Below are positions 1 through 9,340 of a DNA stretch of 44,880 bases, piece after piece; the first letter of the stretch is position 1, and every line of letters begins with the position of its first letter. This stretch comes from a virus (taxonomy: Duplodnaviria > Caudoviricetes). Under the pieces are notes generated by a model. It ran no database searches, was not told the DNA's origin, and saw only the letters and a list, made by a program, of their open reading frames with translations. The DNA is taken from the IMG/VR virus record IMGVR_UViG_3300046789_000068, positions 1 to 44,880 of that record; one strand, written 5' to 3'. The translations under genes and the position numbers were made by a program.

Positions 1-185
1 TCTCGCGCCGTGGCCGGCCGGATTGGCCGGACCGGTCCGCTAGCCAACGCTAGCCAACGATAGAAGTCCCGGGAGCTGTCCCGCGGGATAAAGCCGTAAG
101 GCCAAACAGGCGAATTGGACCGCCCCCGTATCAGCCGATTGGCCCACGTCACGGGCCCGTTCAATCTAGCTAGCCCGGGGAAATC

Positions 186-329
186 ATGAACGCGTTGGGT
201 TTAGAGCTCCCGGAGCTGATCGCGGTGACCGTGTTCGCGTTCGTTTGCATCCTGAACGCGTGGGCACTGCGCGCAGTCCTAGCGATCGATCGTGAGCGCG
301 ATTCGATTAGAACGCGTGATAAAGTTTAG
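186..329 (+). CDS. 47-aa single-pass membrane protein (below ORF-track cutoff), possible holin/lysis-type
   Basis: Translated by hand: MNALGLELPELIAVTVFAFVCILNAWALRAVLAIDRERDSIRTRDKV*; GGGG upstream of the ATG; hydrophobic core with charged C-terminus. Confidence 0.45.
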   Translation: MNALGLELPELIAVTVFAFVCILNAWALRAVLAIDRERDSIRTRDKV

Positions 330-365
330 ACCGGTCTAGACCGTCCGGACCTAACACATTGATTC

Positions 366-400
366 GACAGTTATTTTTGTATGACTGTCATTGTGTTAGA
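366..400 (+). promoter_or_regulatory. AT-rich motif shared with the portal upstream region; candidate late promoter/activator site
   Basis: GACAGtTATTTTTGTAT...TGTGTTAGA here vs GACAGgTATTTTTGTAT...TGTGTTAGA at 2841-2873. Confidence 0.55.
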
Positions 401-1107
401 TGCCTGGAAAGCCGCCGCGCTATGAGCTCCCGCCCCCAAACCGCGGGGCCGCCTTACTCCGCGCTGTAGACGCGTCACTGCGGGACATAGCGCACGAAGT
501 GGGTGCGGCCGGTGGCGCGGTGGTGCACGAGTGGAGGCAAGGCCGGAAGCTCCCGATCGATTTCTTCCGGGCCCGGTTGCTCACCTCCTACCACATCCCC
601 GTGGATGCGTGGGATCAGGTCTTAGACACCAAGCCCACGGCGGACGCGTTCGAGCGCTACATGGCCCGGCTTGTGCCGCCGCCGGCCGTGGCCGCGCCAC
701 CGGCCGCCACCGGGGCCGAGCTCCCCGCCGCCGCACCGGAGCTCCCACCGGAACCGGAACCGGTCTTGGAACCGCTAGGCACCACGCGCGGCGAAGTGGA
801 AGCCCAGCTCATGCGGGCCCGCTACGCGGCCAGCTTGCCGGACATCTCACCGAACGCGGCCGCACGCCTAAGCGGTGAGATCCGCGCCTTGCTCCGGCTT
901 CGCGCAAGCCTTGAAGCCCAAGAACCGATCACGCTGGACAAGCTGGCCCACTCCCCACACTTCCGGGAGCTCCGCGATCGCGTGGTGGGAATAGTACGAG
1001 AATGCCCTACATGCTTAGATCAGCTGATCGAAGCATTCGCCGCGGTGGAGTCCCCCGGCCCCGCCCCGGCCCCCACTGCGCCCACGCCCACGGATTTTGA
1101 CGCATGA
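400..1107 (+). CDS. putative terminase small subunit (N-terminal HTH, Pro-rich linker, helical C-terminus)
   Basis: Directly upstream of TerL with ATGA overlap; HTH-like SLRDIAHEVG...VHEWRQGRKLP. Confidence 0.6.
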   Translation: MPGKPPRYELPPPNRGAALLRAVDASLRDIAHEVGAAGGAVVHEWRQGRKLPIDFFRARLLTSYHIPVDAWDQVLDTKPTADAFERYMARLVPPPAVAAPPAATGAELPAAAPELPPEPEPVLEPLGTTRGEVEAQLMRARYAASLPDISPNAAARLSGEIRALLRLRASLEAQEPITLDKLAHSPHFRELRDRVVGIVRECPTCLDQLIEAFAAVESPGPAPAPTAPTPTDFDA

Positions 1108-2819
1108 GCGCGCAGTCCACGGAACGGCGCGGCCGGCCGGCGCGTGTGCTGGCCACGCTGGCCGGTGCATTCCTCCAAGCGCTCCAAGCGGCGAAGCGCG
1201 CACGGGATTCGATCACGTGGCCCGATCCCCGCTACGCGGACGATCCCGCCGGCTTCGCGTATTACATCTTAGGTATACGCGCTTGGGACCGGCAAGCGGA
1301 AGTGATTACCGCTGTAGTACATCACACATACACCGCGGTCCGTTCCGGCCGGCGCGTGGGCAAGTCCACCGCGATCGCGATCTTGGCATTGTGGCGTTTC
1401 GCGTGCTTCAAGCGCGGTCAAGTCTTGCTTGGGTCCACCACGTCCGAACAGATTGAGCTGATCATATGGACGGAAGTCCGGCGGCTGCATGCGCAGTCCG
1501 GGCTATGCGCGGACTGCATTGAAGCGGACCCCGATCAGCCACGGCCGTGTCCGCACTCGGCCGTCTTGGACGGGGAGCTAGGCAAAACATCCAAGTCCGG
1601 CTTGAAGTCCCAAGATCCCCGCTATCCGCGGTACATCATCGGTAAGACCGCACGGCGCGTCACGTCCGCGCAAGGCTTTGGCGGTGTCGAGTGTTTGATC
1701 TTGTTAGATGAAGCTTCCGGGATCCCGGATGAACTGTTCGCGGGCTACATGGGCGCGCTTGCGTCCGGCGGCGCGGTGATGCTGTTAGGGAACCCGAACT
1801 ATCGAACCGGGTTCTTTGCGCAAGCGTTCAAGTCCGATCGGTGGTGCAAGATCCACATATCGTCCCGGGAAACGCCTAACTATAAGACCGGCCAAAGCAT
1901 AGTCCCCGGGCTTGCCACGCGTGAATGGGTGGATCAGGAAATCGCAGAACACGGGGCCGAGTCCGCCCACGTGGCCGTTCACATTGAAGGCAACTTCCCG
2001 ATCGTGGAAGCGTCGCTGTTGTTTGGTGACACACGCGTCCAATCGATCGTGGCGCGCTACACCAAGACGCAAGCGCGGGGTCGTTTGCACGTGGGGATCG
2101 ATCCCGCCGGGGAAGGCACGGAAGGCCGTGGCGATCTCACCGCGATCGCGTTTCGCCGCGGCTTGCGGATCTTCGAACCGGTCTACACCTACCGCGGCTT
2201 AGATGATGAAGGGATATTGGCCACGCTGTTGGAGCTCTTGGCGATCTATGCAGAACGCGGGGAAGTGCCGGTGGTGAACATCGATTCGGAAGGCACGATC
2301 GGCAAACGCTTGCGGCTCACGCTCAAATACCACCAAGAACATCACCCCGGGGTGTTTGAGTGTTGGGGCCAGCGCGCGCACGATTCCGCGAAGCGGGAGC
2401 GAGAAAGCTACGATCGCCACCGGGACGGCATGGCGGCCAACTTTGATCGGTGGTGCAAGGACGGCGGATCGTTCCCGCCGGATCCCATGATCGTGGAGGA
2501 AGTCCAACTGTTAGGATGGACGGTCAACGCGCGCGGCAAAGCCAAGATCACCCCAAAGGAAACTTACTATCAAGAGCTAGGCCGAAGCCCGGACAAACTA
2601 GACGCGTGCATATTGTCGACGTGGCAAGCGTTCGGAACGGAGTGGGAAACAGAACGCAAGACCACCACCGTGGTCCCGCCGGTTCGTGCCGCGCTACCTT
2701 CCATGCATCGGCCGATCACCACCGCGCACGCGCACGCACGGCCGGCCGGAGCGCGTCACGTTCCGCTAGCTCGCGGACGTGCCGGCGCGATCGATCCGTT
2801 TGCGGGCCGGCGCCGCTAA
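1104..2819 (+). CDS. terL: terminase large subunit
   Basis: Walker A SGRRVGKS, Walker B LILLDEASG, coupling motif LLGNP, nuclease motif GIDPAG, C-terminal SPDKLDA. Confidence 0.92.
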   Translation: MSAQSTERRGRPARVLATLAGAFLQALQAAKRARDSITWPDPRYADDPAGFAYYILGIRAWDRQAEVITAVVHHTYTAVRSGRRVGKSTAIAILALWRFACFKRGQVLLGSTTSEQIELIIWTEVRRLHAQSGLCADCIEADPDQPRPCPHSAVLDGELGKTSKSGLKSQDPRYPRYIIGKTARRVTSAQGFGGVECLILLDEASGIPDELFAGYMGALASGGAVMLLGNPNYRTGFFAQAFKSDRWCKIHISSRETPNYKTGQSIVPGLATREWVDQEIAEHGAESAHVAVHIEGNFPIVEASLLFGDTRVQSIVARYTKTQARGRLHVGIDPAGEGTEGRGDLTAIAFRRGLRIFEPVYTYRGLDDEGILATLLELLAIYAERGEVPVVNIDSEGTIGKRLRLTLKYHQEHHPGVFECWGQRAHDSAKRERESYDRHRDGMAANFDRWCKDGGSFPPDPMIVEEVQLLGWTVNARGKAKITPKETYYQELGRSPDKLDACILSTWQAFGTEWETERKTTTVVPPVRAALPSMHRPITTAHAHARPAGARHVPLARGRAGAIDPFAGRRR

Positions 2820-2832
2820 TAGTCAGACACCA

Positions 2833-2873
2833 AATAACCTGACAGGTATTTTTGTATTAGTGCATGTGTTAGA
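2833..2873 (+). promoter_or_regulatory. second copy of the AT-rich late motif
   Basis: 16/17 identity to 366-382 plus TGTGTTAGA; AATAACCTGACA (2833-2844) recurs at 11347-11358. Confidence 0.55.
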
Positions 2874-2878
2874 AGCAC

Positions 2879-4639
2879 ATGGCGTCACTCGCGCAAAAGA
2901 TCTCCGGAACGGTAGCGGGATGGTTTCAATCCCGGCCGGTCTATGAGCTCGGCCAAGCCCAGCGGACCGGCGCGCGTCCGCTGAACGATCCGCAAGTGAA
3001 GCGGACGCGGGAGATCATGGGCGGCGGCTTGTACCGCTCCCGCATGACGTCCACCGCGATCTACTTGGACGATCTGGATCAAGCGGTCCAAGCGGCGGAC
3101 TTGGGCCAGCTCACGCTTGCATGTCAGTTGCTCCAATCGTGCGATCAGCATCCCGTGGCCCAAGGGCTTATGGCCACGCGGACGTCCGGGCTTGTGCGGC
3201 TTCCGGTGAAGTGGGCCGGGAACCCCGCCGCCATTTCACTCTTGAAGCAAGGCGTAATCGCGGGGTCTGACACGGGGGAAAACCCTAACAGCTTGTATGA
3301 CTACCTAGTGCCGCCGGGGGAACGTTCGCGTTTCTCCGAAGACGCGATCAAGCTGGGTTACGCGATCGGGGAGCTCCAACCGTCCACGTCCGGGCTTCCG
3401 CTGTTTCGCCAGCTGGACCCCGCGGGCTTGCAGTATCGCGTGGACACCAACACGTGGATCTACAATTCCGTGGCCGGCCCGGTGGTGGTGGAACCCGGGG
3501 TGTGGCCCACGGATCGTGATTCTGCATTCGTGCTTTACACCGCCGGCCGGACCACACCATGGCGGCGCGGGATATGGAAGTCACTATTGCAGTGTTACAT
3601 AGTGACACTACACGCACTGTCTTACCGTAGTTCGTGGGAGTCCAAGCTTGCGAACCCGGCCCGCGTGGGGACTTCCCCGGTGGGAGCGGACGAAGATCAA
3701 GACGCGGCTTTGTTCGAACAAATAGCGGCGTGGGGACTTAATACCACGATGCTCTTGAAGCCGGGCCAAGACCTAAAATTGGTCGAATCAAATGGCCGGG
3801 GCCACGACTGCTTTAGTAAGACGATCGCGGAGCAAACCGAACAGATCATCTATCTTATAAGCGGCAATACTGTGGTAGCTGATGGAGGAAGTGGATTCCA
3901 AAACGCGTCCCTATTCCGTGCGATCCGAAACGATCTGATCCAAGCGGACGCGAACGTATTAGCAAGCGTTGAAAACTTTCAGATCATACCTTTGATCCTT
4001 GAAGCGCTGGGTTTCACGGACACCGCGGTCACGCGTGAATACGTCACCGCGTCCCCCGCGGAAGTTGCGTCCGAAGCGCAAGCATTCTCGCAAGTGGCCG
4101 CCGCGATCACGGCTTTGTCCGAAGCGTTCGTGGCTTCGGGATCGGAACAGCGCTTGGACGTGGGCGCGATCTGTAATCAGTTTGCGATCCCGGTGCTTGG
4201 CGATTCGGACGGGGATGGCATCCCCGAAGCGGACGAAACCACGGACGCCGCGGCTAGTGCCGCTAGCGGCGGCGGCTTGCGCTTGATCCAAGGCGGCGCG
4301 CCCACGGCCGCGCCCATGGACGATCCGAACGCGGACCCCGGGAGCGAAACCGCGGCGGTGGCGGCCACTGGGCAACCGGCCAGCGACACCGCGCTGAACG
4401 GCGCGCAAGTCACAAGCCTAGTGGAGATCGTGCGCGCCGTGGCCGCCGGGGAGCTCCCGCGGGACGCCGCCGTGGGGATCTTGAAGCGCGCGTTTCTCGT
4501 ATCGGACGATCAAGCCGCGGAGCTCTTGGGATCCGCGGGAAACGGTTTCGTGCCCACCACCGCCGCGGCACCGGGCCCGGCCGCGCCACCGGCCCGCACG
4601 GGGCCGCCGGCGGCTGAACCCGGGACGGAGGCTGCATGA
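2879..4639 (+). CDS. portal protein (Mu gp29/DUF935-like) with C-terminal extension
   Basis: Position after TerL; size; N-terminal 'AVQAADLGQL' and later 'RNDLIQADA' segments resemble DUF935 portals. Confidence 0.8.
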   Translation: MASLAQKISGTVAGWFQSRPVYELGQAQRTGARPLNDPQVKRTREIMGGGLYRSRMTSTAIYLDDLDQAVQAADLGQLTLACQLLQSCDQHPVAQGLMATRTSGLVRLPVKWAGNPAAISLLKQGVIAGSDTGENPNSLYDYLVPPGERSRFSEDAIKLGYAIGELQPSTSGLPLFRQLDPAGLQYRVDTNTWIYNSVAGPVVVEPGVWPTDRDSAFVLYTAGRTTPWRRGIWKSLLQCYIVTLHALSYRSSWESKLANPARVGTSPVGADEDQDAALFEQIAAWGLNTTMLLKPGQDLKLVESNGRGHDCFSKTIAEQTEQIIYLISGNTVVADGGSGFQNASLFRAIRNDLIQADANVLASVENFQIIPLILEALGFTDTAVTREYVTASPAEVASEAQAFSQVAAAITALSEAFVASGSEQRLDVGAICNQFAIPVLGDSDGDGIPEADETTDAAASAASGGGLRLIQGGAPTAAPMDDPNADPGSETAAVAATGQPASDTALNGAQVTSLVEIVRAVAAGELPRDAAVGILKRAFLVSDDQAAELLGSAGNGFVPTTAAAPGPAAPPARTGPPAAEPGTEAA

Positions 4640-6081
4640 CGCTTACGAACCACACCGCGGCCCCGCCGGCCCCGCGCCGCTTCGAAGCCCGGGGCCCGCT
4701 TGCGATCCGGCCCATGGCCATGTTCGAACTATTCGCGCCGCCGGTGTCCCGTGACATCCGCTTGGCCGCGGACGATCGCGTGGCCGTGGTGAGTGTGGAC
4801 GGCCCGCTATGCCAAAGCGGGAACGCGTGGGAAGACGGTTACGATCTGATCCGGGAGCGCTTCGCGTGCGCGCTGGCCACGCCCACGGTCCGCGCCGTGG
4901 TGTTGAAACTAAACTCCCCCGGCGGGGTTTTGTACGGCGCGATCGATACGGCCCGCGGCTTGCGCGCCATGGCGGACGCGGCCGGAAAACCCTTCATCGC
5001 ATACGTGGACGGGGAAGCCGCGTCCGCCGCTTACGCGCTGGCCGTGGCCGCGGATCGAATCGTTTTGGGAACGAACGCGGTGGTGGGTTCGATCGGCGTA
5101 ATCGAAGCGCGGCCGGACGTGAGCGTGGCCAACGCGGCCCGGGGTGTGGCCGTGACTTTGATTACATCCGGCACACACAAGACTTACGGGCACCCCGAAA
5201 CGCCGCTCACCGAAACGGAGCTCACGAACACGCAAGCCTTGGTGAACGCTTTGGCCGTGCCGTTTTTCGAGCTGGTAGCGGCCCGGCGCGGGATTCCCGC
5301 GGAAGCGGTATCCGCAATGGACGGCGGACTATTTACGGGGCCGGACGCGATCACGGCGCGCTTGGTCGATCAGCTCATGAGTTTGGACGCGGTGGTCGCG
5401 TCACTCGCGAAAGGCAACGGACTACAAATGGAATACGCAGAGATCATCGCTGCATTGCAAGCCACCGCGGACGGGGATGATCCGAACGCGGCAAGCGCGC
5501 GCAAGATGTTGGCCGCCATGGAACCGGACCCCGAAGGGGAACCGGACGGGGATGAAGCGGAGCCCAAGCCCAAGCCGGACGGGGAAGACGACACGGAAGA
5601 TCCCGAAGCCGAAGATCCCGCGGAGGAACCGGCGGCGGAAGACGACGCGCCGAAGCCCGCGGCGGCCACGGTGTCCACGCGGACCGCGCAAGATCTCGCG
5701 TCGCAACTGGCCGCGGTATCGGCGCGCTTGAAGCGTGTCGAGCGTGAACGTGAGCAAGACCAGATCGATCGCTTGCTCACCGGACATCCCAAGGCACTAC
5801 GCGCCGCACTGCGAAACAAGCCGCTAGCGGACGTCCAAGCGATCGTGGCCGCGATCCCGAAGCCGGGCCGCTTGCCGCCGGTGGCCACGCTTTCGTCCCC
5901 GCACGGAACCCCGGACGTCAAGCCGCGCAAGCCGGCGGTGGACCCCGCGATCGTGCGGCGGATCGATCGGCTCACCGGTGCCACGCCCAAAGCCCAAAAG
6001 CGCGTGACGAAACTGATCAACGGGACTTTGTTTTTCGATGTCCCGGAAGACTACAGCCCGGAAAGCTACGGCCAAGCGTGA
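4636..6081 (+). CDS. prohead protease (S49/SppA-type) fused to scaffold
   Basis: LNSPGG, AASAAY and VGSIGV motifs of peptidase S49; acidic then coiled-coil C-terminal half. Confidence 0.9.
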   Translation: MTLTNHTAAPPAPRRFEARGPLAIRPMAMFELFAPPVSRDIRLAADDRVAVVSVDGPLCQSGNAWEDGYDLIRERFACALATPTVRAVVLKLNSPGGVLYGAIDTARGLRAMADAAGKPFIAYVDGEAASAAYALAVAADRIVLGTNAVVGSIGVIEARPDVSVANAARGVAVTLITSGTHKTYGHPETPLTETELTNTQALVNALAVPFFELVAARRGIPAEAVSAMDGGLFTGPDAITARLVDQLMSLDAVVASLAKGNGLQMEYAEIIAALQATADGDDPNAASARKMLAAMEPDPEGEPDGDEAEPKPKPDGEDDTEDPEAEDPAEEPAAEDDAPKPAAATVSTRTAQDLASQLAAVSARLKRVEREREQDQIDRLLTGHPKALRAALRNKPLADVQAIVAAIPKPGRLPPVATLSSPHGTPDVKPRKPAVDPAIVRRIDRLTGATPKAQKRVTKLINGTLFFDVPEDYSPESYGQA

Positions 6082-6131
6082 GCCGCGCACGGGCCTAACC
6101 CTCTGACTATCAGACAGAAAGATTCATCACC

Positions 6132-6563
6132 ATGTCAGTGTTCGATTATCCAAACCCAAAGATCTCCAAGGTCTTACCGTTCGTACTTACGGCCGGGACC
6201 GTGGTCCAACAAGGGGACTTGGTGTGCGGGAACCCCGCCACGGGAAAACTGGTAGCAGCCAGCGCGGCCACGGACACCATGATCCCCGTGGGCTTCGCCA
6301 CGCGTGACGCCACGGGGGACGGCACGACACCGATCGAAGTAGCTTTGTTCGAACCGGTCTACACCTATTCGTTCGCCAATGACACGGTGTCCGTGGTCAC
6401 TCTGCCGTTCACGGAGTGCTTCATCAAGGACGCGCAAACCGTCCAAGCACTCGGAACCGGGAAAGCTATGGCCGGTGTGGTGGTAGCGGCGGACGCGGCC
6501 CGCGTTCAAGTCCGCATGACTCCCGCGCTTACGGACCCACCGCCACCGGCGGGGGATATCTAA
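6132..6563 (+). CDS. capsid decoration/cement protein
   Basis: Small beta-rich protein between protease and major capsid gene; DUF2190-like G-x-A patterns. Confidence 0.65.
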   Translation: MSVFDYPNPKISKVLPFVLTAGTVVQQGDLVCGNPATGKLVAASAATDTMIPVGFATRDATGDGTTPIEVALFEPVYTYSFANDTVSVVTLPFTECFIKDAQTVQALGTGKAMAGVVVAADAARVQVRMTPALTDPPPPAGDI

Positions 6564-6610
6564 CCGCGAACCGTTCCCCCTAACCACGTCCAACAGGATC
6601 AAACACAGTC

Positions 6611-7639
6611 ATGTTTGTTTCACCTCAAATCACTTCCACGGTTCGCGATCGGCTCGTCAACATTGGTATCGACACACGCAATCAAGCCCAGCAAAGGCTT
6701 TGGTGGCGTGACGTTGCATACGAAGAGTTTACCCAGTCCGAAACCGAGATCTTCACCTTCGCAATCGAGTCCGCAAAACTCGAAGACGAAGGTGTGAGCG
6801 GCCAGTCCGTGAGCTTCGATTCGCGTGCTTACTTGAAGCACTCGGTAACGAATCGCTACCTCCGCAAGGGCTTCACCATGACGGACGGCGAGCTCACGGA
6901 CTTGGACTCCAACAAGATCCAAGCCGCGGCCGATTGGGTCCGTGACATCACGAACGATGGGATCTATTCGCCGCAGAGACTTTTGGTGGACGCGATCATC
7001 CGCAACCGGCCCACCTACGACAACTTGGCGATCTTCCACAACGCCCACTTGGTGAACGGCCGTAACTCGGTGGCCGGGACCTATTCGAACATCATCACCG
7101 GTGTGGACATTTCGGAAGCCGTCACGCTGGACGTGGCGGTCAAGAACTACGCGAAAGCGATCTCGACGATCACCGGGACCTTGAAGGATCCAAGCGGCAA
7201 GCCGCGCAACCTTATGATCCGGGCCGCGCTGGCCCCGTCGCTCTTGTATCCGCGCTTGGTGCAAATCCTCCAAGCCCAGTTTGCTCCCGGTGGCGCGGCC
7301 GGCGGCGGCGGCGGCACGCAGGACATTTCCCCGATTGCACAGAACCTTGGGCTCGGTAAGCCGGTCTTGGCGCCGGAGCTCGGTTCCACGTTCGGCGCGG
7401 TGGCCGGCGGCGGACTTCCGGCCGTGCCGGGTTCCGATGCGGTCTACTATATCGTGTGTGAGTTTGCCGGGGCCCACGCGCCGTTCGTTCTATCGAACCG
7501 CGACCCCTTCCGGATGTGGGAAAACTCCATGGGAAACGACGCGGACATGGCGCGCCTAAACTCTTGGGAGTGGGTCTATTCCGGCCGTATCGCCATGATG
7601 AACATGCACCCCTATTTGATCTTCAAATGCGGCGCGTAA
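6611..7639 (+). CDS. major capsid protein (Mu gpT-like)
   Basis: 342 aa; YDNLAIFHNAH resembles the Mu gpT 'YDG.PFF...H' motif; synteny. Confidence 0.85.
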   Translation: MFVSPQITSTVRDRLVNIGIDTRNQAQQRLWWRDVAYEEFTQSETEIFTFAIESAKLEDEGVSGQSVSFDSRAYLKHSVTNRYLRKGFTMTDGELTDLDSNKIQAAADWVRDITNDGIYSPQRLLVDAIIRNRPTYDNLAIFHNAHLVNGRNSVAGTYSNIITGVDISEAVTLDVAVKNYAKAISTITGTLKDPSGKPRNLMIRAALAPSLLYPRLVQILQAQFAPGGAAGGGGGTQDISPIAQNLGLGKPVLAPELGSTFGAVAGGGLPAVPGSDAVYYIVCEFAGAHAPFVLSNRDPFRMWENSMGNDADMARLNSWEWVYSGRIAMMNMHPYLIFKCGA

Positions 7640-7656
7640 CGCGCGCGCACTTGAAC

Positions 7657-7720
7657 GGATAGGCGGCCGGCCCGGGGACGCTTCGGCCCCCCTTGGAGCG
7701 GCCCGGCCGGCCGCCTATCC
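7657..7720 (+). other. long RNA hairpin after the capsid gene
   Basis: Perfect 16-bp inverted repeat GGATAGGCGGCCGGCC (7657-7672)/(7705-7720); inner cUUCGg; no U-tract. Confidence 0.7.
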
Positions 7721-7768
7721 ACACCGCTGATTCGTGCCGCTACTAGTTCACCACGCGCCGGGGTTCGT

Positions 7769-8269
7769 GTGTCGCAATATCTAACGCGGAGCGAGTTTCA
7801 AAGCCGGACTTTGCTCCCGGCGCAATACATCGATCAAGTGGTGTCACAAGCACCGGAGTTTGTGGACTTCGCGCTCACCGATCGAAGCGGCTACATTGAT
7901 TCACTACTCGGCAAGCGCTACGCGGTGCCGTTCACCGAACAGCCGTATCCAAGCGTGATCTTGCGTTGGCTCACCGCCTTGGTGTCACTCGACGTCTACA
8001 TGAAGCGGGGTTTCAATCCCACGGATGACGACGCGCAGCTATTCGTCAAACAGTTTGACACCACCGTTACGGAGCTCAAAGAAGCGGCCAACGCGCAAGA
8101 CGGCTTGTATGAGCTCCCATTGCGCCAAGACTTAGCAGGTAACGGGATCGTCAAAGGCTACGCGCGGACCTACTCCGAAACGTCCCCCTTCGTGTGGAAG
8201 GGGATCCAGCGACAGATCGGCGGACGGGAAGACTTGCACGGACACGGCACGCGCTACGGCAAACGCTAA
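7769..8269 (+). CDS. head-tail adaptor (Mu gp36/DUF1320-like)
   Basis: IDSLLGKRYAVPF motif; synteny. Confidence 0.8.
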   Translation: MSQYLTRSEFQSRTLLPAQYIDQVVSQAPEFVDFALTDRSGYIDSLLGKRYAVPFTEQPYPSVILRWLTALVSLDVYMKRGFNPTDDDAQLFVKQFDTTVTELKEAANAQDGLYELPLRQDLAGNGIVKGYARTYSETSPFVWKGIQRQIGGREDLHGHGTRYGKR

Positions 8270-8279
8270 CAGCTTCACC

Positions 8280-8702
8280 ATGGCAGAACGAACCGCCACC
8301 ATTACAGGCACGGAGGAGCTCCAAGCGCTGATCGAACGCGTGCGGAACCTTCCGGCTTTTGTGGACGAATGCATGCCGGAAGCGGCGCGGCAAGTGAAAA
8401 AAGAGCTGGATCAAACAGTCGACTCCGGGAGCGATCCATGGGGTGCGCAGTGGGAACCGAAAAAGCAAGGCCACGGAACGCCACTAGCCCACGCGTCCGG
8501 CCACGTGTTCGTGGGTGCACTCGGAACGCGGATCCTGATTCGGCTCACGGGGATCGAAACGAAACATCACCGTGGGTGGGCCAAGGGCGGAACCAAACGC
8601 GTCGTGATCCCCACTCCGGATCGGGAGCTCCCGGGCCCGCTGAAGACCGCGATCTTTAAAGTGATCATCGATTCATTCACGGCCTACATGACGAAACCGT
8701 GA
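8280..8702 (+). CDS. virion morphogenesis/tail completion protein (Mu gpG-like)
   Basis: DPWGAQWEPKK motif; synteny. Confidence 0.65.
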   Translation: MAERTATITGTEELQALIERVRNLPAFVDECMPEAARQVKKELDQTVDSGSDPWGAQWEPKKQGHGTPLAHASGHVFVGALGTRILIRLTGIETKHHRGWAKGGTKRVVIPTPDRELPGPLKTAIFKVIIDSFTAYMTKP

Positions 8703-8709
8703 GCTTCCC

Positions 8710-9318
8710 ATGGCTGTCATATTCGCACTTGAAAAGCTTTACTATGATGTCCAAGCCCAGTTCCTAGCGGACGGCTTGGACTGCGAACAGCCATTCGGTT
8801 GGGCGAAGTCCGGCGGCCACCATGTGAAGCCGCGGATCGTGTGGGTCCCCGGTGACCCCGCCGGGGCCGCGGGAACGATCACTGCGCCCAAGAATCCGGG
8901 GACGATCCCGAAGCCGCTATTCACGTTCCTAGAATCGTTTCACGTAATCATCTCCGGCTTCGGGGATGCGGCCGATCCGGTGGACGAGCTCAAAGCGTGG
9001 AAGACCACGCGGTTCCTATTCGATCAATGGCTTCGCGCGATCTACCTGAACGCGTTAGGCACGTTTCAACTAGTTCGCCAAGATTGGGTCCGAGCGGGGA
9101 CGCGTGACTACGTCCGCTATGGGACCGCGATGATCGCGGTGGGTGCGATTCAATCGGCCGTGATGGACATCGGCCCGGACGGGGCCGGAGCGCAAACCTT
9201 GCTGTATCCCGCGGCCGAGATCGATCTCCACGAGCTGGACTACACCGAACACATCCACGTGGACGCGCATCCGCCGCCGGCCCCACCGCCGGGCCCCACT
9301 CCATCGCCGAACCCGTGA
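8710..9318 (+). CDS. putative tail terminator/neck protein
   Basis: Position just before the sheath gene. Confidence 0.5.
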   Translation: MAVIFALEKLYYDVQAQFLADGLDCEQPFGWAKSGGHHVKPRIVWVPGDPAGAAGTITAPKNPGTIPKPLFTFLESFHVIISGFGDAADPVDELKAWKTTRFLFDQWLRAIYLNALGTFQLVRQDWVRAGTRDYVRYGTAMIAVGAIQSAVMDIGPDGAGAQTLLYPAAEIDLHELDYTEHIHVDAHPPPAPPPGPTPSPNP

Positions 9319-9340
9319 CACCTAACAGTGAGATCACAGC

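Noticed and set aside
1-180. Short repeats (GCTAGCCAAC x2, GATTGGCC x2) as cos/pac site
   Set aside because: Position before TerS is suggestive, but the repeats are too short to support a call without read-termini data
349-401. Integron attC-like hairpin (ACCTAAC...GTTAGAT matches RYYYAAC/GTTRRRY)
   Set aside because: Single 53-bp copy at a core gene start with no cassette array; better explained as the shared late regulatory motif
960-2150. Frequent GCGATCGC (cyanobacterial HIP1-like) suggesting a cyanobacterial host
   Set aside because: Explained by GCG-ATC-GC codon runs in a GC-rich genome; no other cyanophage signal
5370-7477. Long antisense/alternate-frame ORFs such as 5370-6020(-) and 6620-7477(-), and similar ones genome-wide
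   Set aside because: Shadow frames expected in high-GC DNA opposite well-supported genes; low-complexity products with no motifs
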